From contig OZ245769.1 of assembly GCA_965227745.1 (NCBI GenBank), positions 6,296,974-6,360,973 on the forward strand: a stretch of 64,000 nucleotides of DNA, given 5' to 3'. Positions 1 through 9,894 of this stretch are shown in pieces. The translations under genes were made by a program, and so were the position numbers. Source of the DNA: Opitutaceae bacterium. GTDB taxonomy: Bacteria > Verrucomicrobiota > Verrucomicrobiia > Opitutales > Opitutaceae. The notes below the pieces were generated by a model. It was given only the letters and a program-made list of their open reading frames with translations, was not told the origin of the DNA and ran no database searches. The stretch's first letter is position 1. Each line of letters begins with the position of its first letter.

Positions 1-1995
1 GAAGCCGAGCACGGCGGCCTCGGAGAGGAGGGAGTTGTAAACGCAGAACTTGGCCTGCTTGCCGTCGAGATTCTTGAGCGGCGAATACGTCTCATTCGTC
101 TCCATGTCGTGCATGACGGCATGGCGGTGGGAGAACGTGCCGCGCTCGCAGTCCTGGCCGGAGATGCGGACGGGCTTGCCCTCGAGGACGAGCGTGCCGA
201 AGGCGAGGGCCTCGGCGAAACCCCAATCGACCGGGCCGCCGTCCTTGTGGGCGGTGGCGCGGGCATCGAGGAAGCGCTTGATCTTCGGGTTGGGCTTGAA
301 GCCCTCGGGCAGCTTGACGAGGCCATTGGCCGTGCGGTCGAGCAGCTCGCGGGAAACGCCCGTGGCGACGGGCTTGAAACTGAAGTCGGCCTGGATGATG
401 CCGGTGGAGCCCTCGATCTTTTTGGTCTCGGCGGCGGCGGCGCGCTTGGCGGTCTTGATGACCTCGGAGGCCTTGGCCTTTTCGAGATTCTTTTCGAGGG
501 CTTCGGTGTACTGGGCCTTGATGGCTTCGGCCTTGGCCTCGTCGATGGAGCCCTCGGCGATCAGCTTGCGGGTGAGGACGGTCGAGATCGGAGGATGCGC
601 GGCGATGACCTTGTAGAGGAGCGGCTGCGTGAACGCAGGCTCGTCGGTCTCGTTGTGGCCGTGTTTGCGGTAGCAATACATGTCGATGACGACATCGCGG
701 GCCCACTTGGCGCGGAATTCGAGTGCGAGCTGCGAGACCATGCACACGGCCTCGGCGTCGTCGCCGTTCACGTGGAAGATGGGCGCCTCGATCATCTTGG
801 CCACATCGGTGCAGTAGCGAGTCGAGCGGGAGTCGCGCGGCTCGGTGGTGAAACCGATCTGGTTGTTGATCACGAAGTGCACCGTGCCGCCCGTGCGATA
901 GCCGGGGAGCTGGGAGAAATTAAGCGTCTCCGCCACGATGCCCTGGCCGGCGAACGCGGCGTCACCATGGATAAGGAACGGGAGGACGCGGTTGCGATTT
1001 TCCATCGCGCCGCGGATGCGCTGGCGGGCGCGGGCCTTGCCCTCGACCACGGGATTGACGATCTCGAGGTGAGACGGATTGGCCGCGAGGCGGACCTCGA
1101 CTTTTTTGCCGGAGGTGGTGGTGAGCTCGGCCTCGTAACCGAGGTGATACTTCACGTCGCCGTCGCCGCCGACCATCTCGGGAATGTAGTTTTCGGAGAA
1201 CTGTTCGAACAGCACGTCGAACTTCTTCCGCATCACGCTGGTGAGGATATTGAGACGGCCGCGGTGGGCCATGCCCATGACGACTTCCTCGATGCCGACA
1301 TCGGGGCAGTGCTCGATGATGGCATCGACGGCCGCGATCATGGTCTCGCCGCCCTCGAGCGAAAAGCGTTTCTGGCCGACATACTTCGTGTGGAGGAAAC
1401 GCTCGAAGAGCTCGGCTTTATGAATGCGGCTCAGGATGCGGACCTTGCCCTCGGTGGAGAAACTCGGCTGGTTGCGCGTGGACTCCATTTTCTCCTGGAG
1501 CCACTGGCGGACCTCGACGTCTTGGATGTGCGTGTACTCGACGCCGACGTGGCCGCAGTACGTGGCGCGAAGAGCCTCGATGATCTCGCGGAGCTTCATC
1601 TGGCCGCCGCCGAGGTAGGTGCCGACGTCGAACGACGTCTCGAGGTCGTCCTCGGACAATTTAAACTGCGCGAGCGAGAGCTTCGGATGCGCCGGGGGCG
1701 GAGGGCTGAGCGGATCGAGATGGGCGTCGAAGTGACCGATGCTGCGATACGTGCTGATCAGGTGATGGACGTGCGACTGCTTCAGGCTGTCGATGATGGG
1801 TGCGCCGACCGCGGTGTCGCCGGAAGAGACGAGGGCCGCCGGGGAGCCGCCGCTGTTACCGAGGGTGAAACCTTGGAAGAAGGCGCGCCACGTCGGATCG
1901 ACGGAGTCGGGATTTTGCAGCCAGGATTCGTACGCCGCTTCGATGACGGCGGAGTTGGCATGCGTGGGAAGGGTGGAGGAGGTGGTCGCAGACAT
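1..1995 (-). CDS. sucA: 2-oxoglutarate dehydrogenase E1 component, N-terminal 665 codons (3' end runs off the window)
   Basis: Own minus-strand translation from ATG at 1995: MSATTSSTLPTHANSAVIEAAYESWLQNPDSVDPTWRAFFQGF...; the frame stays open to position 1, where it reads ...NSLLSEAAVLGF, a typical SucA motif. It is absent from the ORF track because no stop lies in the window. The plus-strand ORF 109..2037 is its antisense shadow. Confidence 0.8.
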   Translation of the reverse strand, partial: MSATTSSTLPTHANSAVIEAAYESWLQNPDSVDPTWRAFFQGFTLGNSGGSPAALVSSGDTAVGAPIIDSLKQSHVHHLISTYRSIGHFDAHLDPLSPPPPAHPKLSLAQFKLSEDDLETSFDVGTYLGGGQMKLREIIEALRATYCGHVGVEYTHIQDVEVRQWLQEKMESTRNQPSFSTEGKVRILSRIHKAELFERFLHTKYVGQKRFSLEGGETMIAAVDAIIEHCPDVGIEEVVMGMAHRGRLNILTSVMRKKFDVLFEQFSENYIPEMVGGDGDVKYHLGYEAELTTTSGKKVEVRLAANPSHLEIVNPVVEGKARARQRIRGAMENRNRVLPFLIHGDAAFAGQGIVAETLNFSQLPGYRTGGTVHFVINNQIGFTTEPRDSRSTRYCTDVAKMIEAPIFHVNGDDAEAVCMVSQLALEFRAKWARDVVIDMYCYRKHGHNETDEPAFTQPLLYKVIAAHPPISTVLTRKLIAEGSIDEAKAEAIKAQYTEALEKNLEKAKASEVIKTAKRAAAAETKKIEGSTGIIQADFSFKPVATGVSRELLDRTANGLVKLPEGFKPNPKIKRFLDARATAHKDGGPVDWGFAEALAFGTLVLEGKPVRISGQDCERGTFSHRHAVMHDMETNETYSPLKNLDGKQAKFCVYNSLLSEAAVLGF

Positions 1996-2156
1996 TGGGT
2001 TATGAGGCCACGGCGAGCCGTGGCGTTGCTAAAATAGAAGGGGTTAAACGAAACAGGCCCGGGGCCGGAACTCAAGCGCCAGACAACCGATAGGGAAGGG
2101 ATTGCAAAGCCGCTTAAGGTGGGTAACAGCGGGATTAGTTAATACGCGTTCGCCCC

Positions 2157-2444
2157 ATGGAAACCCAGATAAAAGAATCCCTCATCTCACTCCTCGCCGC
2201 CATCAAGGCCTCTGATGGACAAGTAATTGCGGACGAGATGACCAAGCTCGACGGCTATCTGGACCGCGGCCGGGCTACGGGCGAACTCCACCCCCAACTC
2301 GTCCATTTTCTCGAAAAACGCAGCTACGCCAAGGCGGTGATGTTCTTGGGCGGCGAGAGTAATATCCCGGTGGGTATCTGCGGCGGCCGGGCGGCCCCGG
2401 CGGGGAAAAACGCGGTGCCGAATGCGGGCGCGGGAAAGGTGTAA
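2157..2444 (+). CDS. hypothetical small protein (95 aa)
   Basis: ORF track. The stop at 2442-2444 lies 1 nt before the yciH ATG (2446), which suggests co-translation. No family recognised. Confidence 0.45.
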   Translation: METQIKESLISLLAAIKASDGQVIADEMTKLDGYLDRGRATGELHPQLVHFLEKRSYAKAVMFLGGESNIPVGICGGRAAPAGKNAVPNAGAGKV

Positions 2445-2445
2445 T

Positions 2446-2889
2446 ATGGCGTCAGACAATAAGATATCAACCGACGGAGGGCAGGGCCTCGGCCAGAATC
2501 CCTTTGGGGCATTGAGCGCGGCGGGTCTGCCCACGGCACCCGTGAACCCCCCGATAGTTAAACCTCTGGACGGCAAAGGCCCGGCCGGCGGGCAGGCGGG
2601 CGGTAAATCGACCGGCAAACCGGCCGCTCCGGAGAAGAATATGAATCGTGGCCGGGTGGAAATCCGGCGCGAGACCGGTGGACGCGGCGGCAAGACCGTG
2701 ACGACCGTCAGTGGCTTCGTCGGCATCGGCCTGCCGGAAAAAGAGCAGCTGACCAAAAAGATGCGCGGGGCCTGCGGCTGCGGGGGCACCGTCAAAGACG
2801 GCGTGATCGAAATCCAAGGCGACCAACGCGAGACCATCGCGCGGATTTTGACCGAGGCGGGTTTTCGTCCGGTGATGGCCGGCGGTTGA
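2446..2889 (+). CDS. yciH: SUI1/eIF1-family translation initiation factor (YciH-like)
   Basis: C-terminal RGGKTVTTVSGF...KKMRGACGCGGTVKDGVIEIQGDQRETIARILTEAGF matches the SUI1/YciH signature. Start chosen at MASDNK inside ORF 2422..2889. Confidence 0.85.
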   Translation: MASDNKISTDGGQGLGQNPFGALSAAGLPTAPVNPPIVKPLDGKGPAGGQAGGKSTGKPAAPEKNMNRGRVEIRRETGGRGGKTVTTVSGFVGIGLPEKEQLTKKMRGACGCGGTVKDGVIEIQGDQRETIARILTEAGFRPVMAGG

Positions 2890-2953
2890 ATAAAAAGCGC
2901 TACCGGGCGCGGTATGTGAAACTTGCCCGCGACCCGCGTGTCACCTCCTAGCC

Positions 2954-3643
2954 ATGCGTCATATATTCACTGCGGTTGTCGTCGGTGCTGGTTTGTCACT
3001 CAGCGGTCCGTCGCTTCTCGCGCAGAGTGAAACGCACTCCCCGGCCTCCGGCACCGTCTTGAATAATGCGACCGTCTTCCGCGGCCCCGACGGCACGCGT
3101 GATGCCCGGGTCGGCGATCCGGCCACCCCGCGCCTCTCGGCCCTCACGGAGACGGCCACGTTTTGGCTGACCTACGGCGACCTGCTCAAAGAAGTGAAAG
3201 GCGCGAAATCGCTGACGGTCTATGCCGGCGTACCGCGCGAAAAATTGGCAAACGGCGGTCCCACTGACGACGAAAAGAAAACGCTCCTCCAATCCGACGG
3301 GCAGTGGTTTCGCCCCTCCGCCAAGCCCGTGCCGACCTCCGTCGAAGAACAACTCCGCGCCGCGATCTTCGCCGGCGTGCGCCAGGGCCGCGGCGTGAAA
3401 CTCTGCGGCGGTTTCCACGCCGATGTCCGGCTGAAATGGGAAGGTGGCGTCACGTCCGATGTCGAGGTGTTGATTTGCTTCGGCTGTAGCGAAATCAAAC
3501 TCTACGGCGTCACCGGCGCGCTATACGCGGATCTCGCCAACGACCAAGCCAAGGAACTCCGCGCCCTCCTCGCGCCGCTGCTGGAAACGCGTAACGAGGA
3601 TGGCTCGAAGGAAGTGCAGCCCAGCGCAGTGCCGCGGTTTTGA
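2954..3643 (+). CDS. secreted hypothetical protein
   Basis: Signal-peptide-like N-terminus MRHIFTAVVVGAGLSLSGPSLLAQS; GC3-rich codons; no family recognised. Confidence 0.55.
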   Translation: MRHIFTAVVVGAGLSLSGPSLLAQSETHSPASGTVLNNATVFRGPDGTRDARVGDPATPRLSALTETATFWLTYGDLLKEVKGAKSLTVYAGVPREKLANGGPTDDEKKTLLQSDGQWFRPSAKPVPTSVEEQLRAAIFAGVRQGRGVKLCGGFHADVRLKWEGGVTSDVEVLICFGCSEIKLYGVTGALYADLANDQAKELRALLAPLLETRNEDGSKEVQPSAVPRF

Positions 3644-3672
3644 GCGCACCGCGCGCCTCGGTGCCGCCTGCA

Positions 3673-4413
3673 TCAATAATGCGCGAGTTCCACTCCGCGC
3701 AGGGCGGCGTCGATCAACTTCGCCGCGTAGGCTTGGTCGGCGGTTGCGGGAGTGCCGATGGACAATCCGCGCCGCCAGCTTTCCGGAGCTTCCGGGTGGA
3801 CGCCGCAGAGAACCACGAAGCCCCGGCCAAATTTTCCCTCGACGATGGCGGGCGTGCCGTCGGGGTACTTGCCCACCACCGAGCCCCAGCCCGTGAACTG
3901 CGGACCGTCCTCCCAGTAGTGTTCGAGCGTCGGCGTATCGGGAGACTTAATCGCCACGGCGGCCTTGTGGATCCCCTGATTCACGATGCCGTAAAAATCG
4001 AAACGCACGCCAGCGGTCAGGTTGAGACTATTGCCACGCGCATCGCCGGCCAGGATGCCCCCGGCGCAAATTCCCAGATAGTTCATCCCGCTTTGCACGG
4101 CGCCGCGAATGGCGGAGGTCGCTTGCGGGGTCAGGCCGCTGCCGATCGTGAGGTAGTTTCCACCGGGGATGATCATCAGCCGATAGGCGCGCAGCTGCGC
4201 TTGGCTCATGGCGTTGATCTGGTTGGTGTTGGCCGTGGTGTACTTGAGGTGGCTCTCCTTCAAGACGCTTTCCACCGCCACGACATCGTTGGGCGAGGTC
4301 CCGGTGCCGTTGAACAGCAGGATCGCCGCCGACGGGTCGGGCGCGCTCGGCCGGCAGGCCGACAGCGCCAACACGACTAGACAGGCGAGGAGTGGGAGTT
4401 TTCGGTACGGCAC
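3673..4413 (-). CDS. lipoprotein with class-I glutamine-amidotransferase-like (BPL_N-type) fold
   Basis: Lipobox-like LALSAC at the N-terminus; MIIPGGN ... NYLGICAGG nucleophile-elbow-like motif. Confidence 0.55.
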   Translation of the reverse strand: MPYRKLPLLACLVVLALSACRPSAPDPSAAILLFNGTGTSPNDVVAVESVLKESHLKYTTANTNQINAMSQAQLRAYRLMIIPGGNYLTIGSGLTPQATSAIRGAVQSGMNYLGICAGGILAGDARGNSLNLTAGVRFDFYGIVNQGIHKAAVAIKSPDTPTLEHYWEDGPQFTGWGSVVGKYPDGTPAIVEGKFGRGFVVLCGVHPEAPESWRRGLSIGTPATADQAYAAKLIDAALRGVELAHY

Positions 4414-4470
4414 GGTTGTTCTCCCGGTTAGTTCAAGCGCGCGAGCCGGTATCCGAATAATAGATACACC

Positions 4471-5394
4471 TCACTTCGCCTGCTGCCGCTCGTAGGCGAA
4501 GAGGAATTGCTGGGCGAGCCCCGCGAGCGGCCCGAAGTGGGCGCGGCCGAATTGGGCGACGTGCGCGGGCTTGAGGCCCTCGAGGCCGTAGCGGCGCTCC
4601 ATCGTGCGGAGGATCCAGACATCGACAGGGAAGGCTTCCAGCCGGCCCGCGCCAAAGAGCAGCACGCAATCGGCGACTTTCTCGCCCACGCCCGGGAGGG
4701 AGCAGAGGCGTTCCTTGGCGGCGGGGTAGGGGAGGGCTTCCGTTTCATCGAGCCAGCCGGGGTGCGCCGCGAGGTAGCGGGCGGTCTCCGCGATGTACCG
4801 CGCGCGAAAACCAAGGAGGCAGGCGCGCAGTTTTTCCTCGGGGAGGACGGCGAGCTCGGCCCAGGTGGGCAGGCGGTGCGTGCCGGGTAAAATCTCCGCG
4901 CCGTGCCGTTCCGCGAGCAGGGCCATCATCTGCTTGATCTGCACGATCTGCTTCGTCGCCGAGCAGAGAAAACCCAGCAGCGTCTCGCCAAACGGTTGAC
5001 GCAAAATCCGCAGTCCCGGAAAGGCCGCGAGACACGCCGCGAGGTGCGCGTCACTGCGCCACGGCAACGTATCCGTGAACGCGGAGAAATCGCGGTCGAG
5101 CCCGAGGTAACGCCGCAAGGCCAATGCAGTGGTGGCGGCGAGCGACGCCGGCGCGGCCCATTCGACGGCGCCGTTGGCACCGAGGCGCACGCGGACGACA
5201 TGCCCGTCCCACACGCCGAAAAATATGCCATCGGCCTCGCGCGTCCACCGAAAGGCCTGGCCGCCATCGAGCGTCTCGGCGAGCACGGCGGGTGAAAAGG
5301 CGGGCAGACCCTCGAGCGGTTGCCACGCGGACCACGGGCCGTCGGGCCGCAGGGGGGCGGGCGCGGCGGGGCTTACTTCGCGGGCTTTTCCCAC
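4471..5394 (-). CDS. ogg: 8-oxoguanine DNA glycosylase / AP lyase (OGG1-type HhH-GPD)
   Basis: GQAFRW N-terminal OGG motif; HhH-GPD region LCSLPGVGEKVADCVLLFG...FPVDVWI. Confidence 0.8.
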   Translation of the reverse strand: MGKAREVSPAAPAPLRPDGPWSAWQPLEGLPAFSPAVLAETLDGGQAFRWTREADGIFFGVWDGHVVRVRLGANGAVEWAAPASLAATTALALRRYLGLDRDFSAFTDTLPWRSDAHLAACLAAFPGLRILRQPFGETLLGFLCSATKQIVQIKQMMALLAERHGAEILPGTHRLPTWAELAVLPEEKLRACLLGFRARYIAETARYLAAHPGWLDETEALPYPAAKERLCSLPGVGEKVADCVLLFGAGRLEAFPVDVWILRTMERRYGLEGLKPAHVAQFGRAHFGPLAGLAQQFLFAYERQQAK

Positions 5395-5864
5395 AGGAAG
5401 CTCTTGTGCTCGACGAGCACACGGTCGTCGGCGGTGCGGAGCGTGAGCTTAAAGGCGACGGGGTTGGCCGTCTTGCCGCCGGGCCAGTCGTCGCCCGTTA
5501 CGCCGAGATCGAAGACGGTCGAGCCCGCCTCGCCATTGACGACGAAAGTAAACGTCTTCGGCTCCGGGGAATCGGGCCGGATGACCTGCAGCTCAAACTT
5601 CGCGTCGCGATACGCGCTCGGGCTGCTCACGCGCAGCAGAAAATAATAACCGGAGCGCTGATCCGGGTGCGAGCGGATGACCGTGCGGCGGACAGGCTTT
5701 TCCGATCCGCCGAAAAATTCCCCAATGCGCTCAAAAGACTCCGCCTCGCGCCAGCCCGGCCAGAGGTGGACGATCTCCGCGTCGGCCGCCGAAACGCGCA
5801 GCGCGCCGCCCGTGAAGGCGAGTAGGGAGACGAGGAGGAAGAGGGCGCTGCGGAGGCGGGACAT
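5373..5864 (-). CDS. secreted hypothetical protein
   Basis: Internal start MSRLRSALFLLVSLLAFTGGALRVSAADA (signal peptide) within ORF 5373..5939. The 3' end overlaps the ogg start by 22 nt, so the two are probably one operon. Confidence 0.55.
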   Translation of the reverse strand: MSRLRSALFLLVSLLAFTGGALRVSAADAEIVHLWPGWREAESFERIGEFFGGSEKPVRRTVIRSHPDQRSGYYFLLRVSSPSAYRDAKFELQVIRPDSPEPKTFTFVVNGEAGSTVFDLGVTGDDWPGGKTANPVAFKLTLRTADDRVLVEHKSFLWEKPAK

Positions 5865-6003
5865 GCGAAAGGTGAGTGCGAAAGCGAGGAGATTGGTGAG
5901 GGTGGGGCGGCGGGGCAAGCGAAGGGTTTGGGGCGACATAGCTGAATCACGCTCAGAGGCAGCGCGATCGGAGTCTCTTTAGCTCCAATTCCCCGACGTT
6001 TCC

Positions 6004-6876
6004 TCACAGCGGAAACACTCGCACTCTAATTTCTCCACCAGGCATCGAACGCTCGCCCTCAAGGTCAGACTTCAACCCTTCGGCGTTGGGAATAAGGTGG
6101 TCCGGATCGTAGATCACGCACCACAATACGCGACACTGGGGGTGCTTGCGGTAGTGTTCTATATCAACGATCAGTTCATTGCCGATTTCCTTTGCGTGCG
6201 ACCGGTCACGTACGATCTTTGTCTCAATCACCAAATGGTGCACGGGGAGTAAAAAATCCATCCTAGTAGCACTGCCCGCATAGCTTGGAGTATACTCCTC
6301 TGCTCGGATATCCCTAATCCACGGTCGGAGTAAAGCATGGAGCAAGTCCTGAACGTCATACTCGTTCTTGAATGACAGAACTGGGCAATTCTTCCGCCTA
6401 TGGGAGAGCGGGTACATCGCTCTTCTCAGGCCCTTAATCAACGTTTCTACTAAATCTTCCACTTTGTCAGGCTTTGTCGGCCCTGCACGAGCCGGTGCCG
6501 ATTCTGCGCCAAAAGTACCAGACGGCTGCGGCATTTCACCGATAGGTATAACGCGGCCAAAACGATAGTAACGTAGTCCGTTTTCTTCGAGTACCTGTTC
6601 CACACGTGCGTGTAGTTCAACCCAAGCGGTGTGCGCTGGAGTTCCGCTCGACGGAGGCAAGTCCATGAATTCTTCTAAAAGGTTTCCCACGATAGCTAGG
6701 CTATCGACTGACGGATCTTGTCCCGCTTGGAAGAGCCATTCCTTCCATTTGAACTGATGGGGCAATTTCGGTGGGTCACTTTTAATTCCTGCTGACTTGA
6801 ATATTGCCTCACGGGTTTCGTGTGAACCAGTGAGAGTATCTGCTATTACGGCGCAAAGTGCTTTGGAAAGTCGCAT
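6004..6876 (-). CDS. orphan protein with a C-terminal PD-(D/E)XK-like nuclease motif, in a low-GC islet
   Basis: 290-aa ORF with visibly lower G+C than its neighbours. The C-terminal half has a D...E-x-K arrangement (ATRMDFLLP...HHLVIETKIV) preceded by NEYDVQDLLHALLRPW. The N-terminal half is helical and unassigned. Confidence 0.6.
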   Translation of the reverse strand: MRLSKALCAVIADTLTGSHETREAIFKSAGIKSDPPKLPHQFKWKEWLFQAGQDPSVDSLAIVGNLLEEFMDLPPSSGTPAHTAWVELHARVEQVLEENGLRYYRFGRVIPIGEMPQPSGTFGAESAPARAGPTKPDKVEDLVETLIKGLRRAMYPLSHRRKNCPVLSFKNEYDVQDLLHALLRPWIRDIRAEEYTPSYAGSATRMDFLLPVHHLVIETKIVRDRSHAKEIGNELIVDIEHYRKHPQCRVLWCVIYDPDHLIPNAEGLKSDLEGERSMPGGEIRVRVFPL

Positions 6877-7122
6877 TGGCTAATGGGTGCAGTGTGGCAT
6901 CTGAATTCATTGCATTCAATTGCGTTCGTATCGCTTTACTCGGGCACAGCTGAAAAGGAACGGACGCATATTTAAATTCCTCGTTCGATAGCAGCGCTTA
7001 TTGCGCACCGCATTAATCGGGATGAGCTAGCATCCCGTCATTGACGCTCATTTAATAAGCTGCGATTGGGAACGGCTGAACGTATGAGCGATTCGGGCAT
7101 GAGCCTACGGACAACATCCTGA

Positions 7123-7145
7123 ATCGCCTGCAGGCAGGCTCCTAC
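7123..7145. repeat. single arm of the REP-like element ATCGCCTGCAGGCAGGCTCCTAC
   Basis: Near-identical to the arms of the 24-bp inverted repeat at 37081..37160 (ATCGCCTGCAAGCAGGCTCCTACC). Confidence 0.75.
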
Positions 7146-7198
7146 ATCATGAAATGAGCTTCGATGCCAGGACGCTAGGGAGGTCGCGTTCCCGAACC

Positions 7199-8830
7199 TC
7201 ACTTCTCCAACCGCAACAAATGATAGCGGTGGATATCCAGCGGGGCGGCCTGCCAGTTTTTTACGCTGGGGTGCATGAGGTAGGTGCGGGCGCGGAAGGT
7301 GAGGGGGGCGATGGGGGCTTCGTCGAGGATGACGGTCTCGGCTTTTTTGAGGAGGGCGTAGCGTGCGGCGGGGTCGGCGGTGGCGGCGGCTTGGTCGAGG
7401 AGGGAGTCGTATTCCTTGCTGCCCCAGCCGGTCCAGTTTTGGCCGCCGCCGGTGCGGAAGACGTCGAGGAAGGTGATGGGGTCGGGATAGTCGGCGGTCC
7501 AGCCCAGGAGACCGATGGTGTGGGAGAGGGTCTGCTGGTTTTGCAGCCAGGTCTTTTGCTCGTAGGGCTCGATGGTGATTTTCACGCCGAGCTCGCGAAG
7601 CCAGATGGCCTGGATGGCTTCGGCGGCGCGGGGGAGCTTGTCATCGTTCATGACTTGGATCGCCATTGAGGGCAGGCCCTTGCCGCCGGGGAAACCGGCC
7701 TCGGCGAGCAGGGCGCGGGCGGCTTCGAAATTATCCTTTTGCCCCTCGGGCCCGACGTAGCCGTTGCAGTTGGGTGGGACGAGGGTGGAGGCGGGCGTCT
7801 GGGCGCCGGAGAACACATTCTGCGCGATCGAATTGCGGCCGAGCGCGAGGGAGAGGGCGCGGCGGACCTTGGGGTTGTTGAGCGGGGGCTTGGTCGCGTT
7901 GAAATTGACGTAGTAGAGCGAGAGCACGGTGTCGATGTGCAGCAGCTCTGGGGACTGCTGGCGGTAGCTCGCAATCTTCGACGGCGGCAACTGGAAGGTG
8001 AGGTGAAGCTGACCGGCGCGGAAATTCAGCTCCTCGACGTCGGATTTTTCCGTCGGGAAAAACGTGACGCCCTCGAGTTGATTAGTGGCGGCGCCCCAGT
8101 AGTGCGGGTTTTTCTTGGTCACGATGCGGGCGTTGGAACGCCACTCGGTGAGGACAAAGGGGCCGTTGCCCACGAGATTGCCGGCGCGCGTCCAAGCGGT
8201 GTCGCGCGCATCCATCTTACCGAATTTTTCGATGGTGGGCTTGTGCACCGGCATCCAAGTGCAGTGCGCCGCGAGGCCGAGGACGTAGGGGGTGGCCTGG
8301 CCGAGCGTCACGCGGAGCGTGCTATCGTCGATGGCCTTTACGCCCACTTCCGCGAAGTCCTTTACCTTACCCGTGTAAAACGCCTCGGCGTTTTTGATGG
8401 GGTACAACATGTACGCATACGTGGACCCGAGCGCGGGGCTGAGGATGCGGTGAAACGAATACTCGAAATCCCCCGCCGTCACGCGGTCGCCGTTCGACCA
8501 TTTGGCCGTGGGGCGGAGATGAAACGTATAAATGAGCCCGTCCGGCGAGATCTCCCATTTCTCCGCGACGGCGGGCACGGGTCCACCGGTTTTCTCGTCG
8601 TAAGCCGTGAGCCCCTCAAAGAGGGCCACCGCGACGTTCATATCGGTCGCCGCATCGATGAGGTGAGGATCGAGCGTGGCGGGCTCGTTCTGATTGCCGA
8701 TCAACAACGTATGGGTCCGGATACCCTCCTCGACGGGCGTTTCGCGTTTGGCACAGGCGCCGAGTCCGAGGAGCAAGGCAACCGGCGCGAGCACGAGGAA
8801 TCGGCGAAAAAGGGGGAGTCCGAGAGACAT
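7199..8830 (-). CDS. ABC transporter peptide-binding lipoprotein (family 5, OppA/DppA-like)
   Basis: Start MSLGLPLFRR...LGLGAC (lipobox); EPATLDP, FEGL, AEKWEISPDGLIYTFHLR...KWSNGDRVTAGDF are typical SBP_bac_5 motifs. Confidence 0.85.
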   Translation of the reverse strand: MSLGLPLFRRFLVLAPVALLLGLGACAKRETPVEEGIRTHTLLIGNQNEPATLDPHLIDAATDMNVAVALFEGLTAYDEKTGGPVPAVAEKWEISPDGLIYTFHLRPTAKWSNGDRVTAGDFEYSFHRILSPALGSTYAYMLYPIKNAEAFYTGKVKDFAEVGVKAIDDSTLRVTLGQATPYVLGLAAHCTWMPVHKPTIEKFGKMDARDTAWTRAGNLVGNGPFVLTEWRSNARIVTKKNPHYWGAATNQLEGVTFFPTEKSDVEELNFRAGQLHLTFQLPPSKIASYRQQSPELLHIDTVLSLYYVNFNATKPPLNNPKVRRALSLALGRNSIAQNVFSGAQTPASTLVPPNCNGYVGPEGQKDNFEAARALLAEAGFPGGKGLPSMAIQVMNDDKLPRAAEAIQAIWLRELGVKITIEPYEQKTWLQNQQTLSHTIGLLGWTADYPDPITFLDVFRTGGGQNWTGWGSKEYDSLLDQAAATADPAARYALLKKAETVILDEAPIAPLTFRARTYLMHPSVKNWQAAPLDIHRYHLLRLEK

Positions 8831-8967
8831 GCGCGCAATCAAACGAGGAGAGGGTGGAGACGCCAAGGCGTTTTATAGATACATTATTGCGGGATTTAGT
8901 TGCTTCGCAGGCGCAGGGCGGATTTCAACACGTCCGTCCCCTCCCATTCCCGAGTCCCCTTCTACCT

Positions 8968-9771
8968 ATGCAATGGTATTACGCGCTTAACGGTCAACGG
9001 CTAGGACCCATTTCCCAAGAGGAATTTGTAAAGCTGGTCACCGACGGCGTCGTGAGGTCCGACACCCTGGTTTGGACGCAAGGCATGGCCGAGTGGAAAC
9101 CGTATTCCACCGTGGCCGCAAGCGGCCCGGCACCGGCCTCGTTCGGAGCCCCGGCCACGTCCGGTGCGGCCGTAGATGACGGCACCGAGGTCTGCGCGGT
9201 AAGTGGCAAGCGCTACCCGCGGAGCCAAATGATCAACTACGGTGGCAAGTGGATCAGCGCCGAGTATCGCGATGAATTTTTCCAGCGGCAGCGGGAAGGT
9301 GTCGCCCAGCAATTCGTCGGTGAATCGGCCGTCCCCGGACCGTTCGGCTATGGGGGATTTTGGCGGAGATTTTGCGCGGTGTTTCTCGACGGCCTGATCA
9401 CGGGTGTGATTGGCATGGTGGTGGGCGCGATCGTGGGCTTCATCTTCGGGGCCTCCGGAAGCTTGAGGAATACCAACGGGGCGATCTTGATGCAGGTCAT
9501 TATTCAACTGATCAGCATGGGTATCGGTATAAGCTATTACGTATATTTTATTCGGAAGAGCGATGCCACGCCGGGTAAGATGGCGATGGGGCTAAAAGTG
9601 CTCCGCTCCGATGGCTCCAAGCTTTCCGTCGGACGCATCATTGGCCGATACTTTGCTCATATTCTAAACGCCTTCACGATTGGCATCGGGTATCTAATCG
9701 CGGCTTTCGACGATCAAAAACGCGGCCTGCATGATCACGTGTGCGACACCAGGGTCGTCAAAACTCGCTGA
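8968..9771 (+). CDS. GYF_2 (DUF4339) domain plus RDD-family membrane protein
   Basis: Start MQWYYALNGQRLGPISQEEFVKLVTDGVVRSDTLVWTQGMAEWKP (GYF_2 signature). The C-terminal TM region has ...TPGKMAMGLKVLRSDGSKLSVGRIIGRYFAH...DDQKRGLHDHVCDTRVV (RDD signature). Confidence 0.75.
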   Translation: MQWYYALNGQRLGPISQEEFVKLVTDGVVRSDTLVWTQGMAEWKPYSTVAASGPAPASFGAPATSGAAVDDGTEVCAVSGKRYPRSQMINYGGKWISAEYRDEFFQRQREGVAQQFVGESAVPGPFGYGGFWRRFCAVFLDGLITGVIGMVVGAIVGFIFGASGSLRNTNGAILMQVIIQLISMGIGISYYVYFIRKSDATPGKMAMGLKVLRSDGSKLSVGRIIGRYFAHILNAFTIGIGYLIAAFDDQKRGLHDHVCDTRVVKTR

Positions 9772-9894
9772 GGCGAACCCGGTCGCGCCTATCGTGATGG
9801 GTAGCCATTCGTATGTTTCTTCTTGTGCCGATAGACTCTTGGCCCGCGCTTCGTGGTGGGGCAGAGTGGGCAACGGGCGACTGAGCGAGTCTCG

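Noticed and set aside
109-2037. 642-aa plus-strand ORF across the start of the window
   Set aside because: It is the antisense shadow of sucA. It is G/A/D/E/L/R-rich with no motifs, whereas the opposite strand gives a clean SucA N-terminus.
7739-8878. 379-aa plus-strand ORF inside the oppA-like gene (also 7154..7669)
   Set aside because: It is the mirror frame of a well-supported SBP_bac_5 gene. This is a typical high-GC antisense ORF with R/G/E-rich composition.
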